Assembly: GCA_017857395.1 (NCBI GenBank)
Contig: JAFMDF010000014.1
Coordinates: 875 to 64,874 of the forward strand
Direction of reading: 5' to 3'
DNA: 64,000 bases
Source of the DNA: Bacteroidota bacterium
Lineage (GTDB): Bacteria; Bacteroidota; Bacteroidia; Chitinophagales; Saprospiraceae
Of the stretch, positions 9,825 to 17,509 are shown one piece after another. A model generated the notes under the pieces. It did not search any database, was not told the origin of the DNA, and was given only the letters and a program-made list of their open reading frames with translations. The number at the start of each line of letters is the position of its first letter. Positions within the stretch are counted from its first letter, which is position 1. Position numbers and translations under genes: made by a program.

Positions 9825-11378
9825 ATGAATAAATTAAAATATTTTTTCATCGTACTGCTGGTTGTTTGTTTCAACCCTTCTTGTACAGATGATTTTGAAG
9901 AATTGAATACGAACCCTACCGCTCTGACTGCAGCTAATGTAGATGTTACCTTATTGGGACAGAGTTTTGCCAGAGCTCAATATTTTGCTATGCATGGTTT
10001 GCATTGGCGATACCAAATCTCTGCTAACTTATTTGCAGATTTATACAGTCAATATTTTGCTACCACCGCTGCTAACTTTGACTCCGATCGTTATGTGGAA
10101 GTTGGTCGGTGGATTGACTTATGTTGGGGTTCTTTTTACGGACAGGCAGCACCAGATTTAAAATTTGTGGAAGACTTTGCTGCTGAAAATGGTTTAGCAG
10201 GAGAAGCTGCATTAGCGAAAATATGGAAAGTTCAAGGGTATCATAGAGTTACAGATTATTGGGGCCCTGCGATTTATTCCCAATTCGGAAATGGAGAAAC
10301 TTCTGTTGCTTATGACAGGCAAGAAGATATTTATCGTAGTTTCTTCCCATTATTAGATGAAGCTATTGCTACTTTGAATGGTATGAGAGGTAGTAATGTG
10401 TTTGGTTCTAATGACCAGATTTATGGCGGTGATGTTGACCAATGGATTACTTATGCAAATTCCCTTCGCCTTCGTTTAGCAATGCGAATTAAATATGCAG
10501 ATCCTGCATTAGCTAAGGCAGAAGCAGAAAAGGCAGTAGCTGCTGGTGTAATGGTTAGTAATGCAGATAATGCTTATATCGCTACTACAGGTAATTCTCT
10601 AAACCCATTTTCTACTATAACGAACTGGGGAGAATTTAGAATGAGCGCCTTAATGGAAAGTGTCTTAAAGGGCTATGAGGATCCGCGATTGGCTGCTTAC
10701 TTCAACCCTGCAGCAAGTGGTGACACAGACGGTGATGGTATTCCCTATGAAGGATTGAGAAATGGTCAACCTAAAGTTGATAAAACACCTGCCTTAAATT
10801 CGGATAATTCGGATATGAATACTAAATGGTTACCAGTAGGAAGAGGCGGTGCTAATCCTCCTCATAAAGTAATGACCGCTTGCGAAATGTATTTCCTTAG
10901 AGCAGAAGGTGCTTTGGAGGGTTGGAATATGGGTGGCGATGCTCAAGGTTTATATGAGCAAGGTATCACTACTTCTATAGAGGAAGAAACAGGTTCTACT
11001 CCTGATGGCTCTTATGTAACTAGTTCAGCTACACCTGCAGCTGCGGATGCTAATTCCCCTCCAACAACCGATATTCCAGTTGCTTTTGAGGCATCAGCTG
11101 ATAAAGAAAGACAATTGGAGCAAATCATTACCCAGAAATGGATTGGTTTATATCCTGATGGTTGGGAAGCGTTTGCAGAAGTTCGTAGAACAGGTTATCC
11201 TAAATTATATCCATTGATTGCAGTAGAAAATGCAAACCTTGGCGTCAATGATATTTTCCGAAGAATGACTTTTGTAGAAAGTGAGTACAGTAATAATGCA
11301 GCAGCTACTCAGGCAGCTGAAGGTCTACTGAATGGTGCAAATAATAATGCTACTAAAGTTTGGTGGGACAAAAAGTAA
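9825..11378 (+). CDS. SusD/RagB-family nutrient-binding outer-membrane lipoprotein
   Basis: The track start 9708 overlaps susC. The internal ATG at 9825 gives the lipoprotein signal MNKLKYFFIVLLVVCFNPSC. It lies directly downstream of the SusC-like gene. The conserved C-terminal region ITQKWIGLYPDGWEAFAEVRRTGYPKL is present. Confidence 0.85.
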   Translation: MNKLKYFFIVLLVVCFNPSCTDDFEELNTNPTALTAANVDVTLLGQSFARAQYFAMHGLHWRYQISANLFADLYSQYFATTAANFDSDRYVEVGRWIDLCWGSFYGQAAPDLKFVEDFAAENGLAGEAALAKIWKVQGYHRVTDYWGPAIYSQFGNGETSVAYDRQEDIYRSFFPLLDEAIATLNGMRGSNVFGSNDQIYGGDVDQWITYANSLRLRLAMRIKYADPALAKAEAEKAVAAGVMVSNADNAYIATTGNSLNPFSTITNWGEFRMSALMESVLKGYEDPRLAAYFNPAASGDTDGDGIPYEGLRNGQPKVDKTPALNSDNSDMNTKWLPVGRGGANPPHKVMTACEMYFLRAEGALEGWNMGGDAQGLYEQGITTSIEEETGSTPDGSYVTSSATPAAADANSPPTTDIPVAFEASADKERQLEQIITQKWIGLYPDGWEAFAEVRRTGYPKLYPLIAVENANLGVNDIFRRMTFVESEYSNNAAATQAAEGLLNGANNNATKVWWDKK

Positions 11379-11406
11379 TAAGCTGATTTTTAATTCATAC
11401 GTTATA

Positions 11407-11444
11407 GTGCCAACTCCCTTTTGGGAGTTGGTACTTTTTATTTT
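11407..11444 (+). terminator. Intrinsic terminator after the SusD-like gene
   Basis: Stem-loop GTGCCAACTCCC-TTTT-GGGAGTTGGTAC (12-bp stem with one G.T pair) followed by TTTTTATTTT. It starts 29 bp after the stop codon. Confidence 0.6.
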
Positions 11445-11473
11445 AGTTGTAGATTAAATTCCACAGAACTCTT

Positions 11474-14400
11474 ATGCTCAAGAGAACACTATATCTTTTT
11501 TTACCTTGCTTATTAATCGGCTGCCAAGAAGCACCACCTACCACTCTGTTTTCTTCCCTTTCTCCTAAAAAAACAAGCATAAATTTCAAAAACACTCTTG
11601 GCGAATCCGAAGCCTTTAACGTCCTAAATTACGGTTATTTTTATAATGGCGGTGGTGTTGCGATAGGTGACATAAATAACGACGGTTTACCCGATATTTA
11701 TTTTACAGGAAATATGAAAGCCAGTCATTTATACCTTAATAAAGGCAACTTTGAATTTGAAGAAATTGCCCGAAACGCAGGAGTAGATGCACCAGGATTA
11801 TGGAATACAGGCGTCACCATGGCGGATGTGAATAATGATGGTTGGTTGGATATTTATGTCTGTCGTTCAGCAGCGGCTTTACCTCAAAGAAGAGAGAATT
11901 TATTATTTATCAATAATCGAAATAATACCTTTTCTGAAATGGGAAAAGAATATGGGATAGCGGATACGGGATATTCAACTCAAGCTGCTTTTTTTGATTA
12001 TGATAAGGATGGTGATTTAGATATGTACTTAATAAATCATTCTATCCAAGAATATGCTGGATTTAATCGTTTTTTAAAAAGTTATAAAACTCGTTCCAAT
12101 CCCGATTATGGGGATAAATTATACGAAAACAATTTGATTGCTGCAGAGAAAGAATCTTTCGGCTTGTTCAGGGATGTTACTCGAAAAGTAGGTATAAAAA
12201 ATAACGTCTTGGGTTTTGGCTTAGGCGTGGCGGTAGAAGATTTGACGAATGATGGCTGGCCAGATATTTATGTGAGCAATGATTATAATGAAGAAGATTA
12301 TTTTTATGTCAATCAAAAAGATGGCACTTTTAAAGAGTTGATTCGAGACCATTTTGACCATACTTCGCTCTTTTCAATGGGGTCTGATGTAGCAGATATT
12401 AATAATGATGGCTTAGCCGAAGTTTTTACTTTAGATATGTTACCCGAAGGCAATTTTCGACAAAAAATGACTTCTGGTTCGGATAATTATGCTAAAAAAG
12501 AAGCTTTATACCAATCAGGCTTTCATTATCAAAGCATGCGAAATATGCTGCATTTGAATAATGGAGATGGCAGTTTTAGTGAAATTGGTCAATTAGCAGG
12601 TGTCTCGAATACCGATTGGAGTTGGGCAGCTTTGTTTGCCGATTTTGATAATGATGGTTGGAAAGATTTATTTGTCAGTAATGGCTATAAATCCGATTAT
12701 ACCAACATGGATTTTATGTCCTTCGCTGCTGACGAACAAGTGAAGCAACAGCAAAGTGGACAAGAACCTGCCGTAGCGGATTTATTGTCCAAAATTCCTT
12801 CTATAGAAGTAGCCAATTATATTTTTAAAAATAAAGGTGATCTCACTTTTGATAATAAATCCAAAGAATGGGGTTTGGATAAAGCGCAATTATCGCACGG
12901 TTCTGCTTATGCTGATTTGGATAATGATGGTGATTTGGATTTAGTGATTAATAATGTCAATGAAGTAGCTACGATTTATAGGAATAATTCCGACCAATTT
13001 AACCAAAATAATTACCTAAAAATCCAATTAAAAGAATGCCCTTTAAATCGCGGCTGTTATGGTACAAAAGTAACTATCAAAATTGATGATAAAATTCAAA
13101 CGCAGACTTTGCAACCGACTAGAGGATTCCAATCATCCGTAGAACCTGTGTTGAATTTTGGTTTGGGAACAGATAGTGTCATTCAACAAATAAATATAAA
13201 GTGGCCAGATGGAACGACAAAATTACTTCAAAATACCCCTGCTAATCAAAAAATAACTATCGAATACGACCAAAAAATAAATGAGAACGTATCGCCAGCT
13301 ATCGCAAATAATGGATTACTGTTCCAAACAATTGCTAATAAAAATGGCCTAAATTTTAAACACCAAGAAAATAATTTTAACGACTTTAAAAGAGAACCCT
13401 TATTACCAAATATGTTGTCTACCCAAGGTCCTGCTTTATCCATTGGAGATATTAATAATGATGGTTTAGCAGATGTTTTTATTGGTGGTGCAAAAGGACA
13501 AGCAGGACAGCTTTTTATCCAAAACCGACAAGGAGAATTTACAATAACCAATCAACCCATTTTTGAAAATAGTAAAAATAGCGAAGATATAGCGGCTTTA
13601 TTTTTTGATGCTGATGGCGATAAAGATTTGGATTTATACGTTTGTAGTGGAGGCAATGAAGCCCCACAAAATACAATGGAATACCAAGACCGATTATACC
13701 TAAATAATGGAACAGGTCAATTCACAAAAGCAGCTAATTTACCTGTAATGTTAGTCAGCACTGCGGGTGTAAAAGCAGCCGATTATGATAAAGATGGAGA
13801 TGAAGATTTATTTATTGGCGGGCGATTAGTTCCTGGCCAATACCCGCTAAGTCCACCTAGTTTCATTTTAGAAAATGATGGCAAAGGCAATTTCACCGAT
13901 GCAACTGAAAAGATTGCTCCAGAATTAAAAAATATAGGCATGGCCACTGATGCTCTGTGGACAGATTATGATAATGACGAAGACTTAGATTTAATGCTAG
14001 TAGGAGAGTGGATGCCCATAACAATTCTAGAAAATACGAATGGCCAGCTTACTCATCACTCATCACTCATCACTCATCACTCATCGGGTTGGTGGAATAC
14101 TCTCGCTGCTGCTGATATGGATGGCGACGGAGATATGGATTACATCGCAGGTAATTTTGGACATAATACCCAAATAAAAGTAAGTAAAAATGAACCTGTT
14201 AGTATTATCGTAAAAGACTTTGACAATAACGGTACCATAGATCCTATTACCTCTTATTTTATTAATGGAAAAAGTTGGCCAATGCCACCGAAAGATGATT
14301 TAGTAGGACAATTGCCATCTTTAAAAAAGGATTTTCTATTTTATAAAGATTATGCCAATGCGAGCATTGAAAATCTTTTTACTCCCGAAGATTTAGCCGA

Positions 14401-14791
14401 CGCCCAAAAATTAGAAGCACACACTTTTTCAACTAGTTATATTGAAAACAAAGGCAATGGAGATTTTGATATAAAAGCCTTGCCAATAGAAGCTCAATTT
14501 TCTCCAACCTATAGTATCTTAACCAGAGATTTTAATGGGGACGGGCATTTAGATATTTTGCTGGGGGGCAATTTAATGGAGACTAGAGTGCAATTTGGTC
14601 GCTATGATGCGAGTAAAGGTACCTTACTTTTTGGGGACGGAAAGGGCAATTTTGAAGCAGCTAAAAATTCTGAAATAAGGTTGAAGATTAAAGGGGCAGT
14701 TCGGGATATGCAAACTATTAAAATACAGCAGGAAAATTATATTTTAGTCGCTAAGAATAATGATGCCTTACAGTTACTAAAATCAAATTAG
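11474..14791 (+). CDS. FG-GAP/VCBS repeat lipoprotein with ASPIC/UnbV domain (CRTAC1-like), paralog of 1532..4870
   Basis: 1105-aa ORF with lipoprotein signal LPCLLIGCQE. Its loop series is collinear with the paralog (DINNDGLPDIYF, DVNNDGWLDIYV, DLDNDGDLDLVI, DADGDKDLDLYV). The ASPIC/UnbV-like block is YLKIQLKECPLNRGCYGTKVTIKIDDKIQTQTLQPTRGFQSSVEPVLNFGLG. Confidence 0.85.
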   Translation: MLKRTLYLFLPCLLIGCQEAPPTTLFSSLSPKKTSINFKNTLGESEAFNVLNYGYFYNGGGVAIGDINNDGLPDIYFTGNMKASHLYLNKGNFEFEEIARNAGVDAPGLWNTGVTMADVNNDGWLDIYVCRSAAALPQRRENLLFINNRNNTFSEMGKEYGIADTGYSTQAAFFDYDKDGDLDMYLINHSIQEYAGFNRFLKSYKTRSNPDYGDKLYENNLIAAEKESFGLFRDVTRKVGIKNNVLGFGLGVAVEDLTNDGWPDIYVSNDYNEEDYFYVNQKDGTFKELIRDHFDHTSLFSMGSDVADINNDGLAEVFTLDMLPEGNFRQKMTSGSDNYAKKEALYQSGFHYQSMRNMLHLNNGDGSFSEIGQLAGVSNTDWSWAALFADFDNDGWKDLFVSNGYKSDYTNMDFMSFAADEQVKQQQSGQEPAVADLLSKIPSIEVANYIFKNKGDLTFDNKSKEWGLDKAQLSHGSAYADLDNDGDLDLVINNVNEVATIYRNNSDQFNQNNYLKIQLKECPLNRGCYGTKVTIKIDDKIQTQTLQPTRGFQSSVEPVLNFGLGTDSVIQQINIKWPDGTTKLLQNTPANQKITIEYDQKINENVSPAIANNGLLFQTIANKNGLNFKHQENNFNDFKREPLLPNMLSTQGPALSIGDINNDGLADVFIGGAKGQAGQLFIQNRQGEFTITNQPIFENSKNSEDIAALFFDADGDKDLDLYVCSGGNEAPQNTMEYQDRLYLNNGTGQFTKAANLPVMLVSTAGVKAADYDKDGDEDLFIGGRLVPGQYPLSPPSFILENDGKGNFTDATEKIAPELKNIGMATDALWTDYDNDEDLDLMLVGEWMPITILENTNGQLTHHSSLITHHSSGWWNTLAAADMDGDGDMDYIAGNFGHNTQIKVSKNEPVSIIVKDFDNNGTIDPITSYFINGKSWPMPPKDDLVGQLPSLKKDFLFYKDYANASIENLFTPEDLADAQKLEAHTFSTSYIENKGNGDFDIKALPIEAQFSPTYSILTRDFNGDGHLDILLGGNLMETRVQFGRYDASKGTLLFGDGKGNFEAAKNSEIRLKIKGAVRDMQTIKIQQENYILVAKNNDALQLLKSN
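14051..14085 (+). repeat. Perfect tandem heptanucleotide repeat (ACTCATC)x5 inside the CRTAC1-like CDS
   Basis: Read directly as actcatc actcatc actcatc actcatc actcatc. It encodes LTHHSSLITHHSS. Confidence 0.95.
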
Positions 14792-14816
14792 GGAATTGGA
14801 ATTAAATAATATATCA

Positions 14817-14893
14817 ACACGAGTCATCCCGAATTTTTAGTTTCAAGACCTCTCTGAGGTCTTGAATATCATGAAATTCAGGATGACTCGTGT
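14817..14893. repeat. 77-bp nested palindromic element (MITE/REP-like)
   Basis: 20-bp terminal inverted repeats, ACACGAGTCATCCCGAATTT (14817-14836) and AAATTCAGGATGACTCGTGT (14874-14893), match 19/20. They enclose a perfect 9-bp stem with a 3-nt loop, CAAGACCTC-TCT-GAGGTCTTG (14844-14864). Both words recur at 20.4-20.65 kb. Confidence 0.75.
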
Positions 14894-14949
14894 TACCTTG
14901 TTAAAAACTGGTAGGTTATTATTTTCCAAGACCCTCAATAAATATTAAA

Positions 14950-15750
14950 ATGCGGTTCATTCAATCTATTTTTATTTTAATTTTTAGTCTTTCTTGTTCC
15001 ATTAATCTACTCGGTCAATATAAAGTGGATTCTTCCAGAATAGTAAGAATTCTTTCTTTTAACATCCTACACGGAGCGACGGTGAATAATGACTTTGATT
15101 TGGACGTAATTGCGAATGCGATAAAGGCAACAAAGCCCGATTTGGTCGCTTTACAAGAAGTAGATTTTATGACCAATCGAGCCAAAAAAATGGATTTAGT
15201 GACGGAATTAGCCACCCGTACCAAATTAGTGCCTCTTTTTGGTAGAGCAATGGAGTATGATGATGGAGAATACGGAGAAGGTATCTTATCCCGATATTCT
15301 TTTTTAAGCACCCAAGTTCACCCTTTACGATACGAGGAAGGCTATGAACCAAGAACCGCTTTAGCAGCAGCCGTCATCCTAAAAAGCGGAGATACCATAC
15401 AATTTATTGGGACACATTTAGACCATATTAAGGACGAACGAGTTCGGATGCAACAAGCGGAAGATTTAGTGACGATATTTAAAAATACCAATTATCCAGC
15501 AATTTTAGCAGGGGATTTAAATGCGTTGCCCAATAGCAACCCAATGAAAGAAATATATAAAATTTGGACGAAAGGAGACCCGACAAATCAACCTACTTAT
15601 CCCTCGGATGACCCGACAAAAAAGATTGATTATGTGTTATATCAACCAGCAAATAGATGGCGAGTTTTAGAAACTAAAGTCATTGATGAAAAAATTGCTT
15701 CAGACCATTGTCCTTTATTAACGGTACTAGAATTGTTGCCAGGAAGGTAA
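14950..15750 (+). CDS. Endonuclease/exonuclease/phosphatase (EEP) family protein, secreted
   Basis: 266-aa ORF with a signal peptide. The motif series ILSFNILHG, DLVALQEVD, GTHLDH, ILAGDLNA, KIDYVLY and SDHCPL follows the EEP catalytic pattern. Confidence 0.8.
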   Translation: MRFIQSIFILIFSLSCSINLLGQYKVDSSRIVRILSFNILHGATVNNDFDLDVIANAIKATKPDLVALQEVDFMTNRAKKMDLVTELATRTKLVPLFGRAMEYDDGEYGEGILSRYSFLSTQVHPLRYEEGYEPRTALAAAVILKSGDTIQFIGTHLDHIKDERVRMQQAEDLVTIFKNTNYPAILAGDLNALPNSNPMKEIYKIWTKGDPTNQPTYPSDDPTKKIDYVLYQPANRWRVLETKVIDEKIASDHCPLLTVLELLPGR

Positions 15751-15822
15751 TAACAGTAACAGCCTATCTAATTTATTGGGTAGTGGCTCAATTCATAAAT
15801 GATTGGCAATTTAATATTTAGG

Positions 15823-15908
15823 GTTGCGATGTTGCCTTGTTGTCATGTTCTATTCATAACAAGGCAACAGGGCAACAAGGCAACATCGCAACAGGGCAAC
15901 ATCATAAC
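15823..15908. repeat. Hairpin repeat of the GTTGCCTTGTT family, with an 8-nt-period tail
   Basis: Perfect 20-bp inverted repeat: 15823-15842 GTTGCGATGTTGCCTTGTTG and 15873-15892 CAACAAGGCAACATCGCAAC. The right side reads as six octamers NNNGCAAC-like (15861-15908). Confidence 0.85.
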
Positions 15909-15947
15909 ATCGTAAATTAAATTATCAAAGACTGATAAATACAATCC

Positions 15948-16631
15948 ATGCAAAACGACGACCAACTCTTCCAACTAATGAAAACCCAATTATTTTCTGC
16001 CGTGATAGGAGATGTCATGGACAAACTGGGTTTTTTAAATCAATTCCTCTCGCCAAAAATTCAGCCTTTAAGAGAAAATATGCTAATTGCTGGACGAGCC
16101 ATGCCTGTCCTAGAAGCAGATGTATTTGCAGAACAATCTACCTCTGGTCAATCGCCCTTAATGGCTAAACCTTTCGGATTGATGTTAGAAGCTTTAGATG
16201 ATTTAAAAAAGAATGAAGTATATATCTGTGCAGGTGCTTCGCCCACTTATGCTTTATGGGGCGAATTGATGAGTACTAGAGCGATGAAATTAGGCGCAGC
16301 AGGAGCGGTGATGGATGGGTATCACCGAGACACCAAAGGCATTTTAAAATTAGGGTTTCCTACTTTTTCTTACGGTAATTATGCCCAAGACCAAGGCCCA
16401 AGAGGTAAGGTCTTAGATTTTCGATGTACTATCGAAATGAATGGGGTCAAAATCCGACCAGGAGATATTGTTTTTGGAGACATAGATGGGGTGTGTATTA
16501 TTCCACAAGAAGCAGAAGAAGAGATTGTCAGATTAGCCATAGAAAAAGCCAACGGAGAAAAATTAGTAGAAAAAGCCATTCAAAATGGAATGAGTGCTTG
16601 TGAGGCGTTCGCCAAGTTTGGGATTATGTAA
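15948..16631 (+). CDS. RraA-family protein (HMG/CHA-aldolase-like, class II aldolase/decarboxylase type)
   Basis: 227-aa ORF. GELMSTRAMKLGAAGAVMDGYHRD and IRPGDIVFGDIDGVCIIP resemble the RraA/demethylmenaquinone-methyltransferase-like family. Confidence 0.75.
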   Translation: MQNDDQLFQLMKTQLFSAVIGDVMDKLGFLNQFLSPKIQPLRENMLIAGRAMPVLEADVFAEQSTSGQSPLMAKPFGLMLEALDDLKKNEVYICAGASPTYALWGELMSTRAMKLGAAGAVMDGYHRDTKGILKLGFPTFSYGNYAQDQGPRGKVLDFRCTIEMNGVKIRPGDIVFGDIDGVCIIPQEAEEEIVRLAIEKANGEKLVEKAIQNGMSACEAFAKFGIM

Positions 16632-16636
16632 AAATA

Positions 16637-16712
16637 GGTATAAAGGCACAAAGGTAAAGAGGTGCAAGGGTTAACCCTCCTCTTTACCTTTGTACCTCTT
16701 TACCTTTGAACC
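16637..16712. repeat. Hairpin repeat of the GGTATAAAGG/CTTTACC family
   Basis: CAAAGGTAAAGAGG (16648-16661) pairs perfectly with CCTCTTTACCTTTG (16679-16692) around the 12-nt palindrome AGGGTTAACCCT (16667-16678). The right arm has an 8-nt period (cctcttta cctttgta cctcttta cctttgaa). Confidence 0.8.
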
Positions 16713-16720
16713 TTTTTAAT

Positions 16721-17509
16721 ATGGATTTAAGTCATTTAAAAGTATTGGTAACAGGAGGCGGAGGCATCGGTGTAGGAGCGGGTGTCTGTGAGGCACTTGA
16801 TAACTTTGGTGCAACTTTAATTATCAATGAACTAACTAAAAAGAAGGCCGTCAAAGCGGCCAAAAAATATAAAAATGCCATTCCTGTAAAAGCAGACCTC
16901 CGCGATGGAAAAGCCGTCGAGAAGATGTTTAAAAAAATCCGAAAGAAAGTAGGTGTCATTAATGGCTTGGTGAATAATGCAGGGGTTGGCTTAAGCAAAG
17001 AAGTGCAGGAGATAGAAGAGGCTGAATTTGATAAGGTATATGGGGTAAATGTCCGAGGTGCATGGTTGGTTACTAAATATTTTGTCCAACAACTATTGGA
17101 TAACAAAACAGTAGGGAATATCGTTAATATTTCTTCTGTTCATGGTTTTGCGAGCCAACCAAAATATTCTACCTATGCCAGCACAAAATCGGCGATAGAA
17201 GGATTTACCAGAGCTATTGCTTACGAATTAGGCAAGCATAATATCCGTTGTAATTGTATCGGACCAGGCATGGTGCATGCTGAACAGAACTATGATTTAA
17301 TCAAAACATGGACACCAGACCCCCACAAATGGGTGCAAGATTTTGTAGATAACCAGCAAGTATTGCATCACTTTATTGAACCTGTTGATTGTGGCAATAT
17401 GGCTGCTTTTTTATTATCTGATTTAAGTCGTTCCGTAACAGGGCAAACTATCTATGTAGATGCTGGTAAAACCATCATGTTGTTTAATCGGGATTATGTG
17501 AATGGTTAA
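16721..17509 (+). CDS. SDR-family oxidoreductase
   Basis: ATG at 16721 (track start is TTG 16706). It has the Rossmann motif VLVTGGGGIGVG, an NNAG motif, and a Ser...YASTK catalytic pattern. Confidence 0.85.
   Translation: MDLSHLKVLVTGGGGIGVGAGVCEALDNFGATLIINELTKKKAVKAAKKYKNAIPVKADLRDGKAVEKMFKKIRKKVGVINGLVNNAGVGLSKEVQEIEEAEFDKVYGVNVRGAWLVTKYFVQQLLDNKTVGNIVNISSVHGFASQPKYSTYASTKSAIEGFTRAIAYELGKHNIRCNCIGPGMVHAEQNYDLIKTWTPDPHKWVQDFVDNQQVLHHFIEPVDCGNMAAFLLSDLSRSVTGQTIYVDAGKTIMLFNRDYVNG

Noticed and set aside
1532-14791. The two inverted CRTAC1-like paralogs as substrates for inversion of the intervening DUF3179-SusCD segment
   Set aside because: The best-conserved stretch I compared at DNA level (around DLDNDGDLDLV, 3350-3420 versus 12911-12990) is only roughly 80 percent identical and lacks long exact matches. 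That is too diverged for efficient homologous recombination, and no invertase is present.
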